Source: Candidatus Brocadiaceae bacterium (GTDB taxonomy: Bacteria > Planctomycetota > Brocadiia > SM23-32). From it: a stretch of DNA of 24,883 nt. The notes under the pieces are model-generated. The model ran no database searches and was not told the origin of the DNA. It worked only from the letters and a program-made list of their open reading frames with translations. The DNA lies in the NCBI GenBank assembly GCA_050050635.1, contig JASFTU010000001.1:1-24883 (forward strand). The letters run 5' to 3'. Within the stretch, counting starts at the first letter, position 1. The number at the start of each line of letters is the position of its first letter. Of the stretch, positions 1 through 8,529 are shown piece after piece. The position numbers and the translations under genes were made by a program.

Positions 1-1056
1 TTCGCCGGCGAGGTCGCCGACCGCACCGGCCGGGCGAAGCGCTGCCTGCTCGTGCTGACGGCGCTGGCCTGCGCAAGCTGCGTGGCCATCAGCTTCGCCG
101 ACGCCGCATGGCTGATCCTCGCCCTCTTCTTCGTGGCCAACTTCTGCTATAACTCGTCGCTGACGTTCTACGATAGCCTCATGCCGTCTCTCGCCCCGAG
201 GCGGCGGCTGGGCACCATCAGTGGCCTGGGCGTTGGGCTGGGGTATGCGGGCGTGGCCTTCGCGCTGCCCATCGGGTGGGTGCTGGTGGAGCTGTACCGG
301 CGGACCGAACCGGTGCACGAGCGTGCTCCCCTGTTCGCGCTGGCCGGCGTCTTGTTCGCTCTGTTCAGCCTGCCGCTGTTCCTTTTCGTTCCGGAGAAGC
401 CGGCGACCAAGAAGACCCCCTTTGGTCGCGGGCTGCTCAAGCTGGCCTACAAGCGTGTGCTCGTCACGCTCCGCATCCTGCCGCGGCACCGGTCGGTGCT
501 GCTCTTCCTGGTGGGCAACTTCCTGCTTGTGGACTCCCTCAACACGGGCATCGTGGCGGCAGCACCGTACATGGTTCACGTCTTCGGGCTCGACAAGCAG
601 GAGGCCATGCTGTGGCTGATACCGTTCAGCGTAGGGGCGGGTGTGCTGGGCACGGTCGGCGGCAAGGTTGCCGACGCCATCGGGCCGCGTCGGGCAATGC
701 TCTCGGCCGGCTTCTGCGTGCTGGCGGCCATACTCGTCAGTGTCTGCACGACGAGCTTCCCCCTGTTCATGGCGGTTTTCATCCTGCTCGGCGGTTACGG
801 GCTGGCGAACATCTGGGTGGCCGGCCGGAAGCTGCTGGTGGAGCTGGTGCCGCCCGGGCAGGTGGGCAAGTACTTCGGGCTGTACAACGTGGGCCACAAG
901 CTCGCCATGGTCGGGGCGGTGGCCTTCGGCTTACTGGCGGACGTGCGTATCCCCGGGGTGCCGGGAGGAGGCTACCGGGCGGGGCTTCTGTTTCAGGTCA
1001 TCCTGCTCACGGGAGGCCTGGTGTGCATCTACAGGGTGGGGGATGAGCGTGGCTGA
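1..1056 (+). CDS. MFS transporter (UMF1/Atg22-like), 5'-truncated by the window edge
   Basis: Frame is open from base 1 (FAGEVADRTGRAKR, an MFS loop motif of the GxxADRxGRK type); second copy GKVADAIGPRR; many hydrophobic helices; FCYNSSLTFYDSLMP and GKYFGLYNV resemble UMF1-family segments. Confidence 0.85.
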   Translation, partial: FAGEVADRTGRAKRCLLVLTALACASCVAISFADAAWLILALFFVANFCYNSSLTFYDSLMPSLAPRRRLGTISGLGVGLGYAGVAFALPIGWVLVELYRRTEPVHERAPLFALAGVLFALFSLPLFLFVPEKPATKKTPFGRGLLKLAYKRVLVTLRILPRHRSVLLFLVGNFLLVDSLNTGIVAAAPYMVHVFGLDKQEAMLWLIPFSVGAGVLGTVGGKVADAIGPRRAMLSAGFCVLAAILVSVCTTSFPLFMAVFILLGGYGLANIWVAGRKLLVELVPPGQVGKYFGLYNVGHKLAMVGAVAFGLLADVRIPGVPGGGYRAGLLFQVILLTGGLVCIYRVGDERG

Positions 1057-1729
1057 GCGCTGCGAGACAGGCTGGGAAGGACGGCTGGCACGGCTGGTCA
1101 CCCACCCTTACTTTGCGGTGGCGCACCGGCTGCGCTGGGAGGGGCAAGAGCGCGTGCCTCTTGAAGGGCCTGCCGTGCTGGCCGCCAACCATCAGAGTTT
1201 TCTCGATCCAGTGGCCCTGGGGCTCGCCCTTCCTCGACCGATCGTATTCATGGGCGCGGCCATCTACTACCGGGCCCCGGTAGTGGGACCGCTTATGCGG
1301 CTGTTCCGCACGGTGCCGGTGGAGGAGGACGCCCCGGGGCCGAGTTCCATCGAGCGCATGCTGGGGGCCCTGCAGAAGGGCTCACTGGTGGGCATATTCC
1401 CCGAGGGGCAGCGCACACGCGACGGCCTGCTGGGACTGCCCCACGAGGGGGTGGCCACGCTGGCGCTGAGGAGCGGAGCGCCGCTGATACCGGCAACCAT
1501 CGCCGGCGCATACGCGGCCTGGCCGGTGGGGCGGCTTTCTCCCCGCCTGGCATCCATCCGCGTGTACTTCGGGCATCCCTTCCGCGTAGAGGGAGAATCC
1601 ACGCGTCTCCGCCGCAGGGAGGTCACCAGGGATTTGATGCTGAGGATCGCCGATGGCTTCCGCCTGCTTGGCGAGCCGGAGCGGGCCGCACGGTCGCGCC
1701 GCCGCTTGCTCACCCAGTACCGCGTCTGA
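1043..1729 (+). CDS. plsC: 1-acyl-sn-glycerol-3-phosphate (lysophospholipid) acyltransferase
   Basis: NHQSFLD (HX4D catalytic motif) and IFPEGQRTRDG (FPEGTR block). ATG at 1043 overlaps the MFS stop. The listed 641 start lies inside the MFS gene and is rejected. Confidence 0.88.
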   Translation: MSVAERCETGWEGRLARLVTHPYFAVAHRLRWEGQERVPLEGPAVLAANHQSFLDPVALGLALPRPIVFMGAAIYYRAPVVGPLMRLFRTVPVEEDAPGPSSIERMLGALQKGSLVGIFPEGQRTRDGLLGLPHEGVATLALRSGAPLIPATIAGAYAAWPVGRLSPRLASIRVYFGHPFRVEGESTRLRRREVTRDLMLRIADGFRLLGEPERAARSRRRLLTQYRV

Positions 1730-1738
1730 AGACCCGTT

Positions 1739-2194
1739 TCACTCCTCGGTGGCAAAGGCTCCCAGGACGGGCTCCTCGAGGGCGACGTAATCCCCGTAGT
1801 TCATCTTGATCGTCTTGTCGTGTGTGCCGGCACGGAAGACGATCTCATCGTACCCCGCAAGTGACTCGTCCACGTAGGTCTTCAGGCCGTATTCGGAGCC
1901 GAAGGGCGGCTCGGCTCCGATTTCGCAATCCGGGAACAGCCCCTTCATCTCCTCCTCGGAGGCCATTTCCAGCTCCGCACCGGCCAGCTCGGAGGCGGCG
2001 TCGAAGTCCACGTGACGGCTCGCGGGCAGCACAAACATGAAGTCCTCCCCGCCCCCCTTCGCGATCACGGTCTTGGCGAACTTGTGGCCCGTCACGTGCT
2101 CGGTCGCCGCCACTTCCTGGGCGGTGAAGGCCTGCTCGTGGGGGATGACCTGGTACTCCACCCCGTTCTCCTTCAGGTACTGCTCGATGTTCAT
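1739..2194 (-). CDS. YbaK/EbsC-family aminoacyl-tRNA trans-editing deacylase
   Basis: HEQAFTAQEVA, conserved Lys in FAKTV, FPDCEIGAEPPFG loop, IVFRAGTH. ATG at 2194 preceded by GAAGGAGG. Subfamily and substrate cannot be assigned by eye. Confidence 0.88.
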   Translation of the reverse strand: MNIEQYLKENGVEYQVIPHEQAFTAQEVAATEHVTGHKFAKTVIAKGGGEDFMFVLPASRHVDFDAASELAGAELEMASEEEMKGLFPDCEIGAEPPFGSEYGLKTYVDESLAGYDEIVFRAGTHDKTIKMNYGDYVALEEPVLGAFATEE

Positions 2195-2251
2195 AAGCCG
2201 TCCCTCCTTCCCCAGAGAGCCGCGCATGGAGGCAGAGCCCCGCTGAGACGT

Positions 2252-2280
2252 ACGATAGCATACGCGGGTTGCCCCGTCAA
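2252..2280 (-). promoter_or_regulatory. sigma70-like promoter for the ybaK-like gene
   Basis: TTGACG (2280-2275), 17 nt spacer, TATCGT (2257-2252), with an extended -10 TG. Confidence 0.65.
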
Positions 2281-2292
2281 TGCTTGCCCGCA

Positions 2293-3162
2293 CTATACCA
2301 GGCAGAGGCCCAGACCCCGGGCAGAGCCGCGGGCCCGGGCATACTCCTCCGCCGTGACGGTGCGGTCTATCTCGGGGTAGTGGCCGGCCCGGTAGACCGG
2401 GCGGTACTGCTGCATGACGTTCACGTGCGTGTTCGGCGAGACTTCCGCGGCGAGGAAGCGCAGTATCGCCTCGCTCTCATCCACGTGCTCCGGCATGACC
2501 AGGTGTCTCACCAGCAGACCCCGCCGGGCAACGCCTCCCTCCACCTGCAGGTCGCCCACCTGCCGGTGCATCTCCCGAAGGGCCTCGCGCATGCGCTCCG
2601 GGTAATCCGGGGCTCCCGTGTACCGGTCGGCAGTCTCGGGGCCCCAGAACTTCGCGTCCGGCATGTAGATATCGACTGTGCCCTCCAGCAGGCGGAGCGT
2701 CTCCAGTGCCTCGTAGCCGCCGCAGTTGTAGACGATGGGCACCCTCAGCCCCTGCAGGCGGGCGCGACGGACGGCGTCCATCAGCCAGGGGGCAACGTGG
2801 GAGGGGGTCACGAAGTTGATGTTCTCACAGCCGCGGCCCTCGAGGGCCATCATGGTTCCGGCGATCCGTTCCGGCTCGGCTGGCGAGCCCGCGCGTCCGT
2901 GACTGATGTCGTAGTTCTGGCAGAACACACACAGCAGGTTGCAGCCGGCCAGGAAGATGGTGCCCGACCCGCCGCGGCCGACCAGACAGGGCTCCTCTCC
3001 GAAGTGCGGGCCGGCGCTGGCGAGAAGAGGCACGCGCCCGATGCCGCAGTAGCCCCGTTGGTCCTCGTGCCGGTTGACGCCACAGTCTCGCGGACAGATG
3101 CGGCAGGCGCCGGCGAGCTCGTACGCGGAGGCGACGCGCTCTTCGGTCGGCTCGGCATCCAT
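2293..3162 (-). CDS. pflX: Radical SAM protein, PflX-like (PFL-activase-related, function unknown)
   Basis: N-terminal CRICPRDCGVNR, HFGEEPCL, radical SAM motif GCNLLCVFCQNYDIS (CX3CX2C), NINFVTPSH, VDIYMPDAKF, LLVRHLVMP, VNVMQQYRP. ATG at 3162. Confidence 0.88.
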   Translation of the reverse strand: MDAEPTEERVASAYELAGACRICPRDCGVNRHEDQRGYCGIGRVPLLASAGPHFGEEPCLVGRGGSGTIFLAGCNLLCVFCQNYDISHGRAGSPAEPERIAGTMMALEGRGCENINFVTPSHVAPWLMDAVRRARLQGLRVPIVYNCGGYEALETLRLLEGTVDIYMPDAKFWGPETADRYTGAPDYPERMREALREMHRQVGDLQVEGGVARRGLLVRHLVMPEHVDESEAILRFLAAEVSPNTHVNVMQQYRPVYRAGHYPEIDRTVTAEEYARARGSARGLGLCLV

Positions 3163-3187
3163 GGGCGCCCGTCCGCCGGGGTTTGGT

Positions 3188-3216
3188 TTGGATTCGGCCT
3201 GCCCTTTCACTATAAT
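3188..3216 (+). promoter_or_regulatory. sigma70-like promoter for the xseB-nadK-oxidoreductase operon
   Basis: TTGGAT (3188-3193), 17 nt spacer, TATAAT (3211-3216). Confidence 0.75.
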
Positions 3217-3237
3217 GGAGGGTTCGCTCGACGGCAA
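3209..3237 (-). promoter_or_regulatory. sigma70-like promoter for pflX; its -10 overlaps the xseB -10
   Basis: TTGCCG (3237-3232), 17 nt spacer, TATAGT (3214-3209). Confidence 0.6.
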
Positions 3238-3326
3238 AAGCTCGCGGTCCGGTGGGCCGGCCCAGGGAGGGGGTGCGTTCGCGCCGGAACGACGTCCGCA
3301 AGCTTCCGGCCGGCACTGGAGAACGC

Positions 3327-3605
3327 ATGAGCGAGGAAGAGACAACGGAAACCCAGCCCCGGCCCGAACCGGCCGACTTCGAACAGAGCCTCAAGAAACT
3401 CGAAGAGGTCGTCGCGCGGCTCGAGGAGGGCAACCTGCCCCTGGACGAATCCCTGCAGCTCTACGAGGAAGGTATCCACGCCTATCAGCAGTGCCAGGAT
3501 CTGCTCCAGCAGGCCGACCTGAAGGTCAGGAAGCTGGTCGAGACGCTCGAGGGGGAGCTGGAGGAGGAGCCGTTCGAGCCCCCTCAGGCTTCCGGTGAGG
3601 ACTGA
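3327..3605 (+). CDS. xseB: Exodeoxyribonuclease VII small subunit
   Basis: FEQSLKKLEEVVARLEEGNLPLDESLQLYEEG...LQQADLKV is the XseB signature; GGAG RBS before ATG 3327. Confidence 0.93.
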   Translation: MSEEETTETQPRPEPADFEQSLKKLEEVVARLEEGNLPLDESLQLYEEGIHAYQQCQDLLQQADLKVRKLVETLEGELEEEPFEPPQASGED

Positions 3606-4438
3606 TGAAGAGGGTCATCATACTCGGCAACCGGCGCAAGGAGGGGGTCCTCCGGGCTGTCGAGCAGGTCGAACCGTGGCTCGGGGATCGCGTTGAGGTC
3701 GAGGTCGATCTCGACATGGAGTCACCGGCGAGCCAGGAGGAGGCGGACTTCGCCCTGGTTCTCGGCGGCGACGGGTCGATGCTTCGGGCCGCCCGGAAGG
3801 TAGGCTGCCGGGGCGTACCGTTGCTCGGGGTCAACTTCGGCAAGTTCGGCTTCCTCACCGAGACCACCGCGGAGCACCTGGAGGAAGTGCTCACCGATGT
3901 CCTGTCCGGTCGCTACGAGCTGGCCGAGCGCATGATGCTCCACTGCGTGCTCCAGCGCGAGGGTGAGCCGCTCCTGGAGACGGCGGCCCTCAACGACGCC
4001 GTCGTCTCGCGCACCGCGCTCTCTCGCATCATCACCATAGACCTCCACGTGGACGGGGATCGGGTCACCACCTACCGTGCGGACGGCCTGATAGTGGCCA
4101 CTCCCGTCGGTTCAACGGCTCACAGCTTGGCGGCCGGTGGACCCATTGTCTATCCCGAGCTGAGTGCCATCGTTGTGACTCCCATCTGCCCGCACACCCT
4201 GAGCAACCGTCCTCTGGTGCTGCCGCCGGAGGTGGAGTTGCGCCTGGCGACCCCGGACTTCGCCCAGCCGCCGGCCCTCACCGTGGACGGCCAGCTCAAC
4301 AGCGAGTTGCGGGACAACGACACCGTGATCGTGCGGAGAGCGGAGGAACCGCTCCGGCTCATCCGGACGGGCAGACAGACGTTCTTCGAGACGCTGCGCA
4401 GCAAACTGGACTGGAGAGGCCAGCCCCGGTATGTCTAA
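3605..4438 (+). CDS. nadK: NAD(+) kinase
   Basis: LGGDGSML, GVNFGKFGFL, LNDAVV, ADGLIVATPVGSTAHSLAAGGP, TPICPHTLSNRP; TGATG overlap with xseB. Confidence 0.95.
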   Translation: MKRVIILGNRRKEGVLRAVEQVEPWLGDRVEVEVDLDMESPASQEEADFALVLGGDGSMLRAARKVGCRGVPLLGVNFGKFGFLTETTAEHLEEVLTDVLSGRYELAERMMLHCVLQREGEPLLETAALNDAVVSRTALSRIITIDLHVDGDRVTTYRADGLIVATPVGSTAHSLAAGGPIVYPELSAIVVTPICPHTLSNRPLVLPPEVELRLATPDFAQPPALTVDGQLNSELRDNDTVIVRRAEEPLRLIRTGRQTFFETLRSKLDWRGQPRYV

Positions 4439-4682
4439 GCAGTTCGAGGTGAGGATCCTGACGAGCTTCTGCAAGGGGTGCGGTCTCTGCGTGGAGTTCT
4501 GCGATCAGGGCAAGCTCTACATCCGGCAGAAGCCGAACAAGAAGGGGATACAGACGGCCGCCGCCCGGCCGGACGTCCCATGCACCGGTTGCATGCGCTG
4601 CGCGCTGATGTGTCCCGACGCCGCGGTGGAGATCGTGCGCAGGGAAGAGGCCCCCGTCGGTGAGGGTGAGCCCGGGAAGTGA
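4431..4682 (+). CDS. 2[4Fe-4S] ferredoxin, delta subunit of 2-oxoacid:ferredoxin oxidoreductase
   Basis: CKGCGLCVEFC and CTGCMRCALMCPD (two CX2CX2CX3C motifs); directly upstream of the alpha subunit. Confidence 0.9.
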   Translation: MSKQFEVRILTSFCKGCGLCVEFCDQGKLYIRQKPNKKGIQTAAARPDVPCTGCMRCALMCPDAAVEIVRREEAPVGEGEPGK

Positions 4683-4685
4683 CAG

Positions 4686-5786
4686 ATGCCTGAAGAAGAG
4701 GGCAAGCGCGTACTGTTCAGCGGAAACGAGATGGCCGGGGAGGCCGCCATCCGTGCGGGATGCCGCTTCTACGCCGGTTACCCCATCACTCCGCAGAACA
4801 GGCTGACCGCCTACATGGCCGACCAGCTTCCGCTGCGGGGCGGGGTCTTCATACAGGCCGAGAGCGAGCTGGCCGCCATCAACATGCTCTACGGTGCGAG
4901 CGCGGCGGGGGCCCGGTGCATGACCTCATCCAGCAGCCCGGGCATCAGCCTGAAGCAGGAAGGGATCTCCTACCTGGCCGGCAGCGAGTTGCCCGCCGTC
5001 ATCATCAACGTGCAGCGTGGCGGCCCCGGCCTGGGGAACATCGCCCCGGCGCAGGGCGACTACTTCCAGGCCACCCGCGGCGGGGGCCACGGTGACTATC
5101 GCTGCATCGTTCTGGCGCCGGCCACCGTGCAGGAGTTCGGCGACCTGACGTACCTCGCCTTCGAGCTGGCCGACACGTACCGCAATCCTGTGACGGTCCT
5201 CAGCGACGGGATGATCGGGCAGATGATGGAGCCGGTCTGCTTCGACCACCTCACAGAACCGTCGCTTCCGCCGAAGCCCTGGGCCCTGACCGGAGAGCCC
5301 GGCCGGCCGCGGAACGTCGTCAAGTCCTTCCACGCCGTGGTCGAGGAGATGGAGCAGTTCCATCACGAATTCCTGGCCAAGTACGAGAGGATAGAGCGCG
5401 AAGAGGTGCGCTTCGAACTGGCCGGGCCGGAAGACGCCGACGTGCTCCTGGTGGCCTATGGAACCAGCGCGCGCATCTGCCGGCAGATCGTCGAGCGACC
5501 ACCGCGCGAACTTCCGTTCCGCGTCGCCCTGTTCCGGCCGGTCACGCTCTGGCCGTTCCCCGCCCGGCAGCTCTCGGAGCTGGCCGGGAGGATGCGCGGC
5601 ATGCTCGTGGTGGAGATGAGCGCCGGACAGATGGTGGACGACGTACGGCTGGCGGTTGAAGGGAGCTGTCCGGTGGAACTGATGTGCTATCTCGGCGGAC
5701 GCCTGCCCCAGGCCGGGTCCGTGACCGAGCGCCTCGTGGACACGTTCGCCCGGACCGACGCCGCCGCGCGCACGACCGGGAAGTGA
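4686..5786 (+). CDS. vorB: 2-oxoacid:ferredoxin oxidoreductase alpha subunit (VorB-type, 2-ketoisovalerate-like)
   Basis: GNEMAGEAAIRAG, YAGYPITPQ, QAESELAAINMLYGASAAGARCMTSSSSPGISLKQE, NVQRGGPGLGNI, QGDYFQAT. Substrate specificity is not provable from sequence. Confidence 0.9.
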   Translation: MPEEEGKRVLFSGNEMAGEAAIRAGCRFYAGYPITPQNRLTAYMADQLPLRGGVFIQAESELAAINMLYGASAAGARCMTSSSSPGISLKQEGISYLAGSELPAVIINVQRGGPGLGNIAPAQGDYFQATRGGGHGDYRCIVLAPATVQEFGDLTYLAFELADTYRNPVTVLSDGMIGQMMEPVCFDHLTEPSLPPKPWALTGEPGRPRNVVKSFHAVVEEMEQFHHEFLAKYERIEREEVRFELAGPEDADVLLVAYGTSARICRQIVERPPRELPFRVALFRPVTLWPFPARQLSELAGRMRGMLVVEMSAGQMVDDVRLAVEGSCPVELMCYLGGRLPQAGSVTERLVDTFARTDAAARTTGK

Positions 5787-5793
5787 GGCAAAG

Positions 5794-6582
5794 ATGGGTA
5801 TCGAACAGAAGACCGAACAGCAGACCACGCCGATCTACACCCGTCCCGACGCCATGGTGGACGTCCCGACCCACTACTGCGCAGGATGCGGGCATGGCAT
5901 CATGCACCGCCTGCTGGCCGAGGTGCTGGACGAGCTGGACATCCGGGAGAAGACCATCGGCGTCGCTCCGGTCGGGTGCGCGGTGCTGGCGTACGACTAC
6001 ATTGACATCGACTGGAGCGAGGCCGCCCACGGCCGCCCGCCGGCCGTCGCAACCGGGCTGAAGCGCATGCGCCCCGACAGGGTGGTCTTCACCTACCAGG
6101 GCGACGGGGACCTGGCCTCCATCGGCATGGCCGAAACCATTCACACCGCCAACCGCGGCGAAAACATAACGGTCATCTTCATCAACAACGCCGTTTACGG
6201 GATGACGGCCGGGCAGATGGCCCCGACCACCCTGGTCGGCCAGAAGACGGCGACCAGCCCGCGGGGCAGAGACGCCGCCACGACCGGCCATCCCATACGG
6301 ATGTGCGAGCTGCTCGACCGGCTCGCCTCCCCCGCACTGCTGGTGCGGACGACCGTGACTTCCCCGAAGCGGGTCCGAGAGACCAAGAGGTACCTGAGGA
6401 AGGCGTTCCGCTACCAGATAGACGAGGTCGGGTTCAGCCTCCTCGAGGTGCTCTCGCCCTGTCCGACCTACTGGCGCATGAGCCCGATGGAGAGCTGTCG
6501 ATACGTGGAAGAGGCCATTGCGAAGGTCTTCCCGCTGGGCGTTGTTCGGGACCTGGAGGCAGGTGAAGATGGGTCAGGGTGA
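5794..6582 (+). CDS. 2-oxoacid:ferredoxin oxidoreductase beta (TPP-binding) subunit
   Basis: HYCAGCGHG, TPP-binding motif QGDGDLASIG...NNAVYGMTAGQMAPTT, LSPCPTYW. Confidence 0.92.
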   Translation: MGIEQKTEQQTTPIYTRPDAMVDVPTHYCAGCGHGIMHRLLAEVLDELDIREKTIGVAPVGCAVLAYDYIDIDWSEAAHGRPPAVATGLKRMRPDRVVFTYQGDGDLASIGMAETIHTANRGENITVIFINNAVYGMTAGQMAPTTLVGQKTATSPRGRDAATTGHPIRMCELLDRLASPALLVRTTVTSPKRVRETKRYLRKAFRYQIDEVGFSLLEVLSPCPTYWRMSPMESCRYVEEAIAKVFPLGVVRDLEAGEDGSG

Positions 6583-7162
6583 GAACAACGGCTCCCTCGA
6601 TGGTGAGCACCGTCTCATAGCCGCAGGTTCCGGCGGCCAGGGCATCCTCACGCTCGGAAAGCTGCTCTGTATGGCCGCCATGGAGGAAGGCAGGTCGGTT
6701 ACCTTCATGCCTTCCTACGGCACGGAGGTACGGGGCGGGACGGCCAACTGCCAGGTCGTCCTGAGCAACGGACCGATCTACAGCCCGGTCGTGGAGGAGG
6801 CCGACTCGCTTATCATCCTGAACCAGCTCTCCCAGGAGCGCTTTGGTCCACGCCTGAGGGAAGGCGGCTGGCTCATCATCAACAGCTCCGGCGTGGACGT
6901 GGCGGCGCCCGAGGGGGCGCCGGGGGACACAACGGTGCCGGTGCCCGCCGCCGAACGGGCCGCCGAGATGGGGGACGTCCGGGTGGGCAACGTCATCATG
7001 CTGGGCGCGTTCGTGGAGGTCAGCGGGCTGGTGCGGCCGGCAAGCTGCCGGAAGGCCCTGCGGGAGGTCTTCACCGGTCCGAAAGCGGGCGTACTCGACC
7101 TCAACCTGGAGGCATTCGACGCGGGCTCGGCCCTGGCGGTCAAGACCACGTCGCAGCGCTGA
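6569..7162 (+). CDS. 2-oxoacid:ferredoxin oxidoreductase gamma subunit
   Basis: AGSGGQGILTLG, MPSYGTEVRGGTANCQV, GNVIMLGA, LNLEAFDAG. ATG at 6569 after GGAGG, overlapping the beta stop. Confidence 0.9.
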   Translation: MGQGENNGSLDGEHRLIAAGSGGQGILTLGKLLCMAAMEEGRSVTFMPSYGTEVRGGTANCQVVLSNGPIYSPVVEEADSLIILNQLSQERFGPRLREGGWLIINSSGVDVAAPEGAPGDTTVPVPAAERAAEMGDVRVGNVIMLGAFVEVSGLVRPASCRKALREVFTGPKAGVLDLNLEAFDAGSALAVKTTSQR

Positions 7163-7165
7163 CGG

Positions 7166-8491
7166 CTACTGCTCCAGCCTCTCCGGTTGTTCCTCTGCCG
7201 GCTCGGCCGGCGGCTGCGCAGCGGCCCGCTCCCTGGAGGGCACCTGGATCGTACGGAACTCGCTCAGCAGCACCCGGACGGACTCGAACCGGCCCGGCGC
7301 GTGCCGGCAGGGCAGATCGCTGAAGCTGTAGAGCCCGTAGTCCCAGATGGCGGGTCCACGCTCCTGTTCCCCCGCCTGCAGGCGCACCCACCACGTCTGC
7401 GCGTCGCCTCGGGCTTCCTGTTCGTCGGGGAAGCCGATGTAGTCCACCAGGACGCAATTCCGGGCCCCCCTGGGTCCGATGGTGGTGCCGCGGATGCGTA
7501 GCCTCTCGCCGGGCAGCAGTCTGGCGGCCTGGTAGCGCAAGGTAGGCCACGTGGCCGGCACCAGGCAGGTCACCCGGCTGACGGTCCCAAACGCGCGCTC
7601 GATCTGCACCTGCGTGGGCATGCCCCGGCGCAAGGTGGGTGCAGTGGCCAGGTCCTGAGGCAGCGGCGGGGAGAGCACATCGCCGACCCGGTCCGTGAAG
7701 TCCACGTTGATTCGGTTGTCGGCGCCTGCGTGGCGATACACCGTGCCGGCCGAATACTGCCCGTAGGTCTTCGCCCCCGCGGACAACCCCTCGATCTGGC
7801 CGATCAAGTTCGCCACCTGCGCGGCCACCTCCTCCGCTCGCAGCGCCTGGACCGTAACGGTCAGGGCCTCCGTCTCGCCCTCCGCGTGTGAGCAGGGGAA
7901 CTCGAACGTCTGTGTGCCCGGTCCGGTGACGACCTCCGCCTCCGGCTTGCCCGGCAGGAAGAGGTGGAGCTCACGGCTGGTGCGAGGCATCCTGACGGCG
8001 CCGAGATAAACGGCGTCGACCAGGACGTACTTCTGCCCGGCAAAGGTGCCGACCACCGTCCCCTCCACGGTCATCTGCTGCCCCGCGTTGAGCACGGGCT
8101 GTGCCTGGAGAACACCGGCGGGGATGGCACGGTCCTGGGGGATGCCGAAGAAGGTTCGGACGACGTTCGGCCCGGAACTCGGGACCGCACAGATGAGGTC
8201 GCCTTCGGTGCGGAACCCGAAGATGATGGAGTGCGTGTATCCGCCAAGTTCGATCTGCTGCGCCTGCGGCGGAACGTCCACCATCTGCACAAACGCGTCG
8301 CGGAAGCGCACGTTCGCCTGTCTGCTCTCTATGGCCGCCCGGTAGACGTCGGCCGGCGCAAGGGCCTTGTACTGCTTGACAGGCACTTTCACTTCTCGGC
8401 CCTCCGGGGTCTCTTCCTGGGCAGCGACCGACAGAGCGGCCGTCACAACGGCGGCAAACGCCACCAGAGCCGCTTTCCGCACGATCTTCAT
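7166..8491 (-). CDS. Hypothetical secreted protein with two internal ~170-aa repeats
   Basis: ATG at 8491 after GGAGG; Sec-type signal peptide MKIVRKAALVAFAAVVTAALSVAA|QE; two alignable halves (see findings); Pro/Glu-rich tail. Confidence 0.78.
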   Translation of the reverse strand: MKIVRKAALVAFAAVVTAALSVAAQEETPEGREVKVPVKQYKALAPADVYRAAIESRQANVRFRDAFVQMVDVPPQAQQIELGGYTHSIIFGFRTEGDLICAVPSSGPNVVRTFFGIPQDRAIPAGVLQAQPVLNAGQQMTVEGTVVGTFAGQKYVLVDAVYLGAVRMPRTSRELHLFLPGKPEAEVVTGPGTQTFEFPCSHAEGETEALTVTVQALRAEEVAAQVANLIGQIEGLSAGAKTYGQYSAGTVYRHAGADNRINVDFTDRVGDVLSPPLPQDLATAPTLRRGMPTQVQIERAFGTVSRVTCLVPATWPTLRYQAARLLPGERLRIRGTTIGPRGARNCVLVDYIGFPDEQEARGDAQTWWVRLQAGEQERGPAIWDYGLYSFSDLPCRHAPGRFESVRVLLSEFRTIQVPSRERAAAQPPAEPAEEQPERLEQ

Positions 8492-8529
8492 GGAGTGCTC
8501 CTCCGCTGATTTCCCAATCCCCGTTTTCA

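Noticed and set aside
641-1042. N-terminal extension of the plsC ORF (362 aa in the ORF track)
   Set aside because: It lies in an alternative frame of the MFS gene, is Ser/Arg/Trp-rich, and acyltransferase similarity only begins after ATG 1043.
3223-3326. c-di-GMP-I-like GGCAAA and a GCCGGAA/TTCCGGC stem in the xseB leader
   Set aside because: No GNRA-capped P2 or GGGACGCAAAGC segment; a 7-bp GC stem is unremarkable here.
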